Source of the DNA: Candidatus Poribacteria bacterium
GTDB taxonomy: Bacteria > Poribacteria > WGA-4E > WGA-3G
NCBI GenBank assembly: GCA_965205015.1
Contig: OZ242029.1
Coordinates: 4,576,001-4,640,000, forward strand
Direction of reading: 5' to 3'
DNA length: 64,000 bases
A program made the translations under genes and the position numbers. The notes beneath the pieces were generated by a model. The model did no database searches and was not told the DNA's origin. It saw only the letters and a program-made list of their open reading frames with translations. The first letter of the stretch is position 1, and each line of letters starts with the position of its first letter. Below are positions 10,239-18,834 of the stretch, one piece after another.

Positions 10239-13200
10239 ATGCATCACAAACGCTGTCCAAATTGTGGATTCTTGAACCCGCCGTTCAAATTCTGCGGTGA
10301 ATGTGGAACGTCCCTTGAAAGTCCCAGACGGTCCCGTCAAATTTCAGCAGTCGATGAACAAGCCTTACCGCATGGGGCAGAACGCCGCCAGTTAACCGTC
10401 CTTTTCTGCGATATTGTCGGCTCCACTGCATTCACCGAAAAACTGGATCCTGAAGAACTCCGCAATCTTTTAGAAGTCTACCGGACCTGTATCATGGAGG
10501 TGGTTTTAGCACAAAACGGACATATCGCGCGTTACTTTGGGGATGGTATCCTCGTTTATTTCGGTTACCCCATTGCCCACGAGGATGCAGCACATCGCGC
10601 CATCCGAGCCGGGTTAGGTATCGTTGCCGCTATTGAGACCCTGAACCCGTATCTACAGGCGACCTTCGGTGTGGAAATCAGCGTTCGACTGAGTATTGAT
10701 ACAGGACTTGTTGTCGTCTGGCATATATCAGCAGAAGCGTCTCCCGAGGCGATTGACATCGTCGGTAAAACGCCGAATATCGCCGCAAGGATGCAAGAGT
10801 TAGCAACACCGAACAGCATTGTCATTGGGGATACAACCCATCAATTGGTTGAAGGCTTTTTTAAAACCGCTGCACTCGGTGCTTTTCCGCTCCGCGGTAT
10901 CTCACAACCTGTGAATGTGTACGAAGTATCAGGTGAAATTCCAGCACAGAGTCGCTTGGATATTGCCAGTGAAAGTGGATTGACCCCTCTGATCGGGCGG
11001 GAACGCGAGGTTGAATCGCTCAAGCAAGGGTGGACACAGGTGCTCGCCTCTAAAGGGCAAGCATTGCTGATTGAGGGTGAAGCCGGCATCGGAAAGTCAA
11101 GATGTTTGCAAGTCATTCAGGAGTACATCAAAGATCACCCAGAAGCGGTGACCATGGAATGTAGGTGCTCACCGTATTACCAGAACAGTCCGCTTTATCC
11201 TATTCTTTCACTGTTCCAAGAGCACGTTGTGCAGTTTTCAAACACCGATACCGCGCAGACACGCCTTAACAAGCTTGAGAGTTTACTCCGCGACTACAGC
11301 ATCCCGACTGTCGGAGGTGATACAGCATCCCTACCAGATTCTGATCGTGAGGTGCCAGAACAGACGCCAGAGACACTCCCACTTCTCGCCGAATTATTGG
11401 AGATACCTTTTGAAATACAACAACAAACAGTAACCGGTGTAGCGACTCGCCCGTACGGTAGACCCATTGAACAGGACACATATCCATCAGGCTGGGGACG
11501 CAGACAACGCCGACAGCAGACTTTGGAAGTCCTCGTCCAAGTCCTGTTGAAGATGGCTGAACAAAAGCCGATACTTTTTATCGTTGAAGATCTTCACTGG
11601 ATTGACCCCTCCAGTATAGAATTTCTTACGCTCTTGATTACACGGATCGAAAATGCTCGGATTTTCGCAGTTTTGTCTTGTCGGACCGATACGCAACATT
11701 TTCAGCACAGTGCGCGGTCTTCTGAGGAAAACGGTCAGTTTCTACAGGATGAAATCTCCGATAGCGATATTGAGAGTTCTGTTCTTGACAGAGAAATGCT
11801 GGATCAACTTCTACACCCAGAATGGGCAAATGCGGTGACATTGGTGGCACTCACACCTCCGCAGGTCGAGGAGATGATTCAACACGTCGCAGGAGACACA
11901 GCACTCCCATCAAAGGCGTTGACCCGGATTATCGAAATGACTGAGGGGGTCCCTCTATTTGTTGAGGAACTCACCCAGATGATGCTTGAAAATGTATCGG
12001 GGTTACAAACCCCTCCCACATCTGACGTGTCCAATGAAACAGACCCACATTCTCAAACAATGGAGGTGCCTGTAACGCTACAGGATTTGCTGACAACGAG
12101 ATTAGACGAACTCGGTGCTGCGAAGGAGATCGTCCAACTCGGGGCAACGCTTGGAAGGGAATGGACAGCGGAGTTATTACACGAGATTGCTTCTGGACTT
12201 GAGTTGGGAAATCGTCTTTTCACTGATTTTGTTTCGTTGAAGAGTGAATTGAGCAAACTCGTAAACGCCTACATCCTCAATCAAAATCCAGTCGCTGACA
12301 ATCAACTCCGGTATACGTTCCGCCATCCGCTCCTGCGTGAAACAGCGTATCAATCTCTGCTCAGGAGTAAGCGCCAGCAGTACCATCAACAGATTGCAAA
12401 GGTGTTGCAAAACGATGGCGGTTTCCAACCGGAGTTGGTAGCACATCATTATACCGAAGCCGGTCTTCCAGAAGAAGCGGTTGACTATTGGCACCGTGCT
12501 GGACAACGCGCACTGGAGCGTTCTGCAAATGTGGAAGGTATTCGCCATATCACGCAAGGTCTCGCGGCACTTGAGGAACTCTCGGTAAACACCGGCACAC
12601 GCGGCGTGGCGTCTACCGCCCAACAAGAATTGGAACTGCAGACGATTCTTGGGAGTGCGCTGATTGCAACAAAAGGGTATGCCGCCCCGGAAGTCGAGGT
12701 CGCCTATACGCGAGCGAGAGTACTCTTAGAAACCCTTGAAGCGAGAGGCGAGGTTACCGCGCCCGTACAGGAACCGACCTTAGGCGAGGCGGGGGATACT
12801 TCGCTTGATCGCATAAAGGATCTCCGCTTTCCGATTCTGTTTGGATTATGGCTCTCGCATCTCGTGCGCGGCCGATTCCTCTCCGCCCGTGAATTCGGTG
12901 AACAGTGCTTTGTAATTGCCAAGCAAGTCGAAGATCCAGCTTTTGAGGTCGAGGCGCATCGAGCCCTCGGCTCAACGCTTTACTATTTAAGTGAATTCAA
13001 AAGTGCCCTCGCCCATCTTGAGGCTGGCATTGAAATCTATCAACCGCAGCTGCATCCGGTTCCAACGTTTCTTCACTTCGTAGCCGATCCTGGGATGACC
13101 TTACTCGCCTATTCTGCTCCACTTTTATGGTCCCTTGGCTATCCCGTGCAAGCCGAGGCTCGGCTTGCAGAAGCTGCAAGAATTGGAAAGGACAGAAGTC

Positions 13201-13919
13201 ATCCGTTCAGTGATGCTGTGTTGCTCTATTTTACAACTGTTCTTAATCAACATCGCGATGACGTTGAAAAGGTGGAGCGCGCTGCAACCGAGATGCTACA
13301 GATATGTCAAGAACATGGATTTTCCCTATGGGAAGCCGCCGCAACGGTCATGCAGGGCTGGGCACTTACAGAATTGAATCACCCGGAAAAAGGGATTCCG
13401 ATGATACGTAAGGGTATTGCCGCATGGGAAAAGACAAGGGCTGAATTGCAACTGCCACTTTTTCTTGCACTCCTCGCACAAGCCTATCAACGCGCAGGAC
13501 AGTATACATTAGCCTTACAAACACTTGATTCGGCATTGAGCGTCGTCACACGAACCGGCGAGCGTGCCTATGATGCGGAGCTCACCCGGCGGAAAGGCGA
13601 ACTCTGTCTCGCACTTGGTAAAACAACTGAAGCAGTTAGCGGAGGGGAATTCGGGGTTATAAACCCTTCCTACAACGCTGTTGAAAAGGCTGAAGCCTAT
13701 TTTCAGGAGGCATTAGCGATCGCGCGCCGCCAAGGCGCAAAATCTTGGGAACTCCGAGCCGCTCTCAGTCTGAGCGAATTATGGTGCACGCAAAACCGTT
13801 CTCGGGAGGCGCACAATCTGCTGAGACCGATATATCTATGGTTTTCGGAAGGTTTTGATACAAGAGACCTTCAACAGGCAAAACACCTGTTGGAGAAGCT
13901 GCAGGCTACCTCAAAGTAA
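10239..13919 (+). CDS. Zinc ribbon - class III adenylate/guanylate cyclase - STAND ATPase - TPR protein
   Basis: CPNC..FCGECG; AERRQLTVLFCDIVGST, FGDG, N.AAR; GEAGIGKS Walker A, EDLHW; C-terminal helical repeats ending WF.EGFDT.DL. Confidence 0.93.
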   Translation: MHHKRCPNCGFLNPPFKFCGECGTSLESPRRSRQISAVDEQALPHGAERRQLTVLFCDIVGSTAFTEKLDPEELRNLLEVYRTCIMEVVLAQNGHIARYFGDGILVYFGYPIAHEDAAHRAIRAGLGIVAAIETLNPYLQATFGVEISVRLSIDTGLVVVWHISAEASPEAIDIVGKTPNIAARMQELATPNSIVIGDTTHQLVEGFFKTAALGAFPLRGISQPVNVYEVSGEIPAQSRLDIASESGLTPLIGREREVESLKQGWTQVLASKGQALLIEGEAGIGKSRCLQVIQEYIKDHPEAVTMECRCSPYYQNSPLYPILSLFQEHVVQFSNTDTAQTRLNKLESLLRDYSIPTVGGDTASLPDSDREVPEQTPETLPLLAELLEIPFEIQQQTVTGVATRPYGRPIEQDTYPSGWGRRQRRQQTLEVLVQVLLKMAEQKPILFIVEDLHWIDPSSIEFLTLLITRIENARIFAVLSCRTDTQHFQHSARSSEENGQFLQDEISDSDIESSVLDREMLDQLLHPEWANAVTLVALTPPQVEEMIQHVAGDTALPSKALTRIIEMTEGVPLFVEELTQMMLENVSGLQTPPTSDVSNETDPHSQTMEVPVTLQDLLTTRLDELGAAKEIVQLGATLGREWTAELLHEIASGLELGNRLFTDFVSLKSELSKLVNAYILNQNPVADNQLRYTFRHPLLRETAYQSLLRSKRQQYHQQIAKVLQNDGGFQPELVAHHYTEAGLPEEAVDYWHRAGQRALERSANVEGIRHITQGLAALEELSVNTGTRGVASTAQQELELQTILGSALIATKGYAAPEVEVAYTRARVLLETLEARGEVTAPVQEPTLGEAGDTSLDRIKDLRFPILFGLWLSHLVRGRFLSAREFGEQCFVIAKQVEDPAFEVEAHRALGSTLYYLSEFKSALAHLEAGIEIYQPQLHPVPTFLHFVADPGMTLLAYSAPLLWSLGYPVQAEARLAEAARIGKDRSHPFSDAVLLYFTTVLNQHRDDVEKVERAATEMLQICQEHGFSLWEAAATVMQGWALTELNHPEKGIPMIRKGIAAWEKTRAELQLPLFLALLAQAYQRAGQYTLALQTLDSALSVVTRTGERAYDAELTRRKGELCLALGKTTEAVSGGEFGVINPSYNAVEKAEAYFQEALAIARRQGAKSWELRAALSLSELWCTQNRSREAHNLLRPIYLWFSEGFDTRDLQQAKHLLEKLQATSK

Positions 13920-13956
13920 CTGTGTTTGGAACGATGAACCAAAATCGTAGCCTGCA
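13900..13956. repeat. Inverted GTAG-REP-like pair overlapping the cyclase 3' end
   Basis: TGCAGGCTAC (13900-13909) and GTAGCCTGCA (13947-13956). Confidence 0.55.
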
Positions 13957-14079
13957 ACAATACGCAGAAATACTTTCTTCGCATTGGATTTTAGCGTTTG
14001 CAAAAACACGCAGGCGGGTATGTGAAACGCACGTAAGCGTCTTAACGCACGCGGTTCTCCCGCAAGGAATAATTAAAAA

Positions 14080-14940
14080 ATGAGACTTGGTGTTGTTGGA
14101 CTCTGTGGGGACTTTCGTACCCTCACATCGGATGAGATCACAAAAATCAAAGCGTTGGAATTTACCGGTTTAAGTTTCCATTTCCCCAGCGCGGAGATTC
14201 CATCTGTACCACCAGATGCTGCCACCCGTTGTGTGCAAATGTTAAAAGCTGCGGAACTTGACCTTGTTCAATTCGGCATAACTTATGAGGAATGCCTTTT
14301 TCATCCCGATGCCGATATCCGAAAAGCTGGGATCGCCAGTGTCCAACGCGGCATACCGACGGCTGCCTCTCTCAACGCGCACCATTATCTATTTCGCGCA
14401 GGGAGTCTCAATCCCGATGGGGCTTGGACCTCCCATCGAGATAACCACCTTCCAGCATCGATGGAGCGTCTGATTGACACTTTGAAACCGATCGCAGAAC
14501 ATGCCGAACGGCACGAACTGACCCTTGTTATGGAGACACATGCCGTTTCAATTATGGATTCACCCGAAACGTGTCGGGAGGTGGTAGAGCGTGTCGGTTC
14601 CGAGAGGCTTCGTATCGTCATGGATTTCGTCAATCACTTTCAAACACTTCGGCAGGTCTATGAAAGCGAATCACGGCTTAACCACATTTTTGACGTCATG
14701 GGACCGATCGCACCGATGGCACATATCAAAGACATTAGCGTCCAGAACGGTTTAGTACTCCATCTCAATGAGGAAGTACCCGGTGAAGGTGAATTGGCAC
14801 TCGGTGTCGCATTAAAGCGTTTTGATGCCCTCTATCCAGATGGCTACGGATTGATAGAACATCTCCCTGCGGAGAAAATTCCGCTCGCGAACGCAAATGT
14901 TCGGCGAATTGCCGCCGAAAACGGCGTCGATATTTTTTAA
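14080..14940 (+). CDS. Sugar phosphate isomerase/epimerase (xylose isomerase-like TIM barrel)
   Basis: VMETH, MDFVNH, AHIKD, PGEG, LIEH metal-binding motifs. Confidence 0.88.
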   Translation: MRLGVVGLCGDFRTLTSDEITKIKALEFTGLSFHFPSAEIPSVPPDAATRCVQMLKAAELDLVQFGITYEECLFHPDADIRKAGIASVQRGIPTAASLNAHHYLFRAGSLNPDGAWTSHRDNHLPASMERLIDTLKPIAEHAERHELTLVMETHAVSIMDSPETCREVVERVGSERLRIVMDFVNHFQTLRQVYESESRLNHIFDVMGPIAPMAHIKDISVQNGLVLHLNEEVPGEGELALGVALKRFDALYPDGYGLIEHLPAEKIPLANANVRRIAAENGVDIF

Positions 14941-15027
14941 TGGTTGTCAGTCGTCAGTCGTCGGTTAAAAGGCTTTCCTCAACCCTATCTCCTGATCAAG
15001 GGGGATCAAGGGGTGAAATCTCTGTAG
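14941..15027 (+). repeat. Heptamer element arm plus G/C-rich palindromic repeat
   Basis: TGGTTGTCAGTCGTCAGTCGTCGGTTAAAAGG followed by CTCCTGATCAAGGGGGATCAAGGGG. Confidence 0.6.
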
Positions 15028-15042
15028 AAAAAAAATGGAGGC

Positions 15043-17571
15043 TTGATGATGAAAGGCTTTCTAAATACATTCATATTCCCCTCTTCACCCCGTAGGGGTG
15101 AAATCTCTATAGGGAGAATAGCATGCTTCATTCTTGTTTCGATCTTTTTCATACTTCTGCACCCAGCGTTCGGGCAAGAATCCAATCTGGTTGAGGAGGC
15201 CCAAAAACAGGCACGGAGTTGGTGGTCGAACTCTCAGGTTTACGTTGGCGTCATCCTTCTCGTCTTCATAATTAGTAGCGTTGGCTATATAATCAGGCTT
15301 TTCAAAAAGGACAAACTTCTTAAGAAACTCCTGAATAAGTACGTTGTTTTTCAGATGAAAGACGGCAGGCGTTACCGAGGCACCATGCGTCTGGAAATCA
15401 CAGGCATGGAGATTATCTCTGAGGAATCCCGGCAACGCGGACACGCCCCAAGTTATATTTTCACCAACGAAGAACGTGATGAGGGAATTGTCGCCTACAT
15501 CCGTTACCATGATTCAATGAATGAGCGTGAACTCAGAGAACGCGCGTGGGAACTTGAGCGCGTCTACCATCCGCCTGTCATCTACAAAATCGGGCGGAAA
15601 ATTCGGAATATGTTCATCGCTCTCAACGAGGCATTGAAAGAAGCCATTAGCATGGCTTGGAGCAGTTTCACAAGAAGCGCGAACAAGCGTTTAGAACGGT
15701 ACGCGGAAGTATATGAAGAGGGTGGCGGTAATCTGGAGCAAAGGCTCGGCAGATTGGAAGAAGAATCTACAGGCTACTTGGAGCAGGAGAGTTATGAACG
15801 TTTGATCGAACGGTTGATTGGAACACGGGTCAAAGTCCGAGTGCGTTTCGGTGAACATACCGCTGAGTACACGGCTATCCTCAAAGACTACAATAACAAA
15901 CATATTGCGCTCATGGATGTGAAGGACAAGGACAACAACGGCTACGCGGACGAGTGGGAATACGAACATGAATTTGAGAAGGATCTCGCAAAACTCAACC
16001 GCCGAGATGACCGCGGATTGCGGTGTCGAGCAGAGGGCAACGAGATCATCTTTGAAAACAATACACCCTATACCATCCAGCTCGGCCGCATTCGATTGAC
16101 AGAAGACTCACCGAAATGGGAAAAGGATTATGAATACAAATACCATATCGGTGCCTTCAGTGTTCAAAGACTTGAGGTCACTCCTGTCGTTAAGCATAAT
16201 GTCGAGCCGTTCGAGCGCGTCGCCATTCGAGACACGCGTGCCATAAACAATTACAAAAAAATTTGGTTCAAGTTTCGCTCTTTCCGAGATGCGGATATCG
16301 TATTCCCGCGTCGCTACTGCACAATTGTTGAAAGCGCGGAAAAATACCAGCCTGAACTTTTCAGTCTTGCCGGCTTGACAGATACTATTTTAGACATGCG
16401 TGATACAGAGAACATCGCTATTACCAACAAAGATGGCAATACTATCCACGGTATCAACGTTGTTCATGGGTATGTGACAAATATCAATGAGGAGCGTATT
16501 GATTTAAAGGCAATCGACGCGAGTTATAGCCGCAGATGGGATGTTGAAAGCGCGTTTCGCCGTTTTGATAATAAACTTCGCCATGGATTTCCTATCTACA
16601 AGCGGCTTCTCCCCATAAATCGCGTCCGGATTACAGCGCATGCTTCGCTCATTGAGCAGATACACAGTACCCCCATTCGGCACGCCGCGTTAGCACCGCT
16701 TATTTATCCACAACCCCGTAACCTCAACACGACGGAACAGCGCACACGTAGACGAAAACGGATGTGGAATCGAATTGTGAGGCGGATAAATGCTGCAATT
16801 TGGAAATCAGGAAACGGGATTTCCAGAACGCCTGATGTAAAACGTTCGGAAGTACCAATCGCGATGCCGTTTAAACTCATGGCACTGACTGGAAATACAT
16901 CCTCCGTCGAATTTCCGGTCCTCGAACGTTTTGAATACATTCAGGATCACCACATGATTTACAACGCGGTTCAAAATTTGCGAACCGATCGGTTAGCAAA
17001 GACTGATATTTTATGGATTGGGAACGGCGAGATTTACAAATCCGGCTATCGATTAAACATAGATACTGAACATCGAATCAAAAATTTCGTCAGTCAAGGC
17101 GGGGTCGTTATAGTTTCTGGACAAGATATCAAAGCCAGCGCCAAACAGCGCCGCGGTACAGGGTGGATTCCGGAACCTCTCACCGGCGTTGAATGTGAAG
17201 AGACTTATGAACTCTCTCCCACATCACAAGGGAAACGCTCCCGTATCTTCCAATATCCGAATCCACTGAATGGGCATCATGCCGATCCAGAGACGCAGGA
17301 TCAGCCCTTTATTCGACTGGATGATATGTGGTTGGATCCGCTGGGAAAATGGACATCTCTCGCCAAAATTAACACAGCCGCTACGGGACTTCCGAAGAAT
17401 GGATCTGAAAATGCCTCCGCGCTTTTACTCCTGCCGTTTCAGCAAGGGTTATACATCGTCACCAGTTTAAGGAATGAGACGGAAGCAGATGTCCAAATCA
17501 ACGATAAAATTATGGAAAACCTGCTCCATTTTTCCGTTAAATGGCTTGATCGGCAACGTCCGACTGTTTAG
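15043..17571 (+). CDS. Hypothetical membrane-anchored multidomain protein (two Sm/LSm-like segments; C-terminal GATase1-like/DUF4350-like domain)
   Basis: 842-aa ORF after GGAGG; signal/TM helices; C-terminal 'IKNFVSQGGVVIVSGQ'. Confidence 0.75.
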   Translation: MMMKGFLNTFIFPSSPRRGEISIGRIACFILVSIFFILLHPAFGQESNLVEEAQKQARSWWSNSQVYVGVILLVFIISSVGYIIRLFKKDKLLKKLLNKYVVFQMKDGRRYRGTMRLEITGMEIISEESRQRGHAPSYIFTNEERDEGIVAYIRYHDSMNERELRERAWELERVYHPPVIYKIGRKIRNMFIALNEALKEAISMAWSSFTRSANKRLERYAEVYEEGGGNLEQRLGRLEEESTGYLEQESYERLIERLIGTRVKVRVRFGEHTAEYTAILKDYNNKHIALMDVKDKDNNGYADEWEYEHEFEKDLAKLNRRDDRGLRCRAEGNEIIFENNTPYTIQLGRIRLTEDSPKWEKDYEYKYHIGAFSVQRLEVTPVVKHNVEPFERVAIRDTRAINNYKKIWFKFRSFRDADIVFPRRYCTIVESAEKYQPELFSLAGLTDTILDMRDTENIAITNKDGNTIHGINVVHGYVTNINEERIDLKAIDASYSRRWDVESAFRRFDNKLRHGFPIYKRLLPINRVRITAHASLIEQIHSTPIRHAALAPLIYPQPRNLNTTEQRTRRRKRMWNRIVRRINAAIWKSGNGISRTPDVKRSEVPIAMPFKLMALTGNTSSVEFPVLERFEYIQDHHMIYNAVQNLRTDRLAKTDILWIGNGEIYKSGYRLNIDTEHRIKNFVSQGGVVIVSGQDIKASAKQRRGTGWIPEPLTGVECEETYELSPTSQGKRSRIFQYPNPLNGHHADPETQDQPFIRLDDMWLDPLGKWTSLAKINTAATGLPKNGSENASALLLLPFQQGLYIVTSLRNETEADVQINDKIMENLLHFSVKWLDRQRPTV

Positions 17572-18734
17572 CCCATCAACACATCATTCAACTTCTCATC
17601 GCCTTCTGTAATAACCAACGCAACCGCTAATACGACTATCGGCAGGTTCCTGTCTTCTACAAAGCCCTCTAATTTCTGTTCGTCTTTTTCCGTTGTGACA
17701 ATCAGATCTGCTCCTGTTTTTTGGAAAGTCGTGTATATCTGCTGTTTGTCGATTTCCGTATAGATATGGTGGTCGGGAAATGCCAGGAGTTCTGCGCTTA
17801 CAACGGAGCATCTTATGAGGGTCGCCACAAACGCGTCCGGATCTCCAATTCCACAAACTGCGAGCACCCGTTTTCCTTTGAGTTCTTTTATATTAGAGTT
17901 ATCGGTTCTCGGTAGTCGGTTTTCAGTTAAAAGGTTTTCGCTTAACAAATCCCTCTTGTAACTGACGACTGACGACTGACAACTGACCGCCAATGGATAG
18001 AGGTGTGTTGGTTGGTGAATGCTTTCCAAGATTAGCGCGTTCGGTGCTGACGATTTCACCAATTTTTTGATATGCGCGGATATGTTGGGTGTATCTGTAT
18101 GCGTTAGTAAGATGAGGTCTGCGCGTCGTAGCGCGGAGGGGGGCTCACGTAAAGTTCCCGCCGGTAGCAAGTGCTGAGGACTCCCGAAGGGGTGTGTCGC
18201 CGGAATAGTGAGAATATCGACGTCGCGGGCAAGCTGCCGATGCTGGAATCCATCATCTAAGAGCAAGACATCCACCTTGAAACGTTCAAGTGCTATCTGA
18301 CCTGCCAGATAACGGCATTTCCCGACAACAATCGGAACGCCGCTGAGGTGTTTCGCCATCATATATGCTTCATCCCCGCTTTCCATAGCGGAAGCATACA
18401 CTTTTTCGCCGTCTGAGACAATTGTCACTTTTTCACGAACGCGACGTTTATACCCGCGCGACAGAATAGCGACGCGCCTCCCCTCTCTTTGAAGATGTTT
18501 CGCAATAGCGATAACAGCAGGTGTTTTACCCGTCCCGCCAACAACAATGTTCCCGACACTGATGACTCGGCACGGCAACCTACGTGCTTTAAGCACCCCA
18601 CGATTATATAAGATATTTCGGAGTTGGACGCTTGCCCTGTAGAGCCAACTCAATGGAATTAATAAAAAACGTAGGGGGGTAGCGAGGATTCTCTGCTGTA
18701 GCGAACCAAGGTCGTGGGTGTGTGTCAATCTCAT
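17568..18734 (-). CDS. lpxK: Tetraacyldisaccharide 4'-kinase
   Basis: VISVGNIVVGGTGKTP, LSRGY, GDE, DDGFQH, LLPAG.LRE, FPDHH, TTEKD. Confidence 0.97.
   Translation of the reverse strand: MRLTHTHDLGSLQQRILATPLRFLLIPLSWLYRASVQLRNILYNRGVLKARRLPCRVISVGNIVVGGTGKTPAVIAIAKHLQREGRRVAILSRGYKRRVREKVTIVSDGEKVYASAMESGDEAYMMAKHLSGVPIVVGKCRYLAGQIALERFKVDVLLLDDGFQHRQLARDVDILTIPATHPFGSPQHLLPAGTLREPPSALRRADLILLTHTDTPNISAHIKKLVKSSAPNALILESIHQPTHLYPLAVSCQSSVVSYKRDLLSENLLTENRLPRTDNSNIKELKGKRVLAVCGIGDPDAFVATLIRCSVVSAELLAFPDHHIYTEIDKQQIYTTFQKTGADLIVTTEKDEQKLEGFVEDRNLPIVVLAVALVITEGDEKLNDVLMG
17898..17990 (-). repeat. 93-bp heptamer-flanked element inserted in-frame in lpxK
   Basis: Minus strand GCGGTCAGTTGTCAGTCGTCAGTCGTCAGTTACAAGAGGGATTTGTTAAGCGAAAACC... 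aligns with intergenic 2044-2135. Confidence 0.85.
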
Positions 18735-18834
18735 CAGAATTGTTAACCCATAATTGCCTCAAGTCTGTAGCGTTGGGAAGTGTTCTAAAGTTAGAAAGTT
18801 CTGACCACAACTTTACGGACTTTACAACTTTCTT

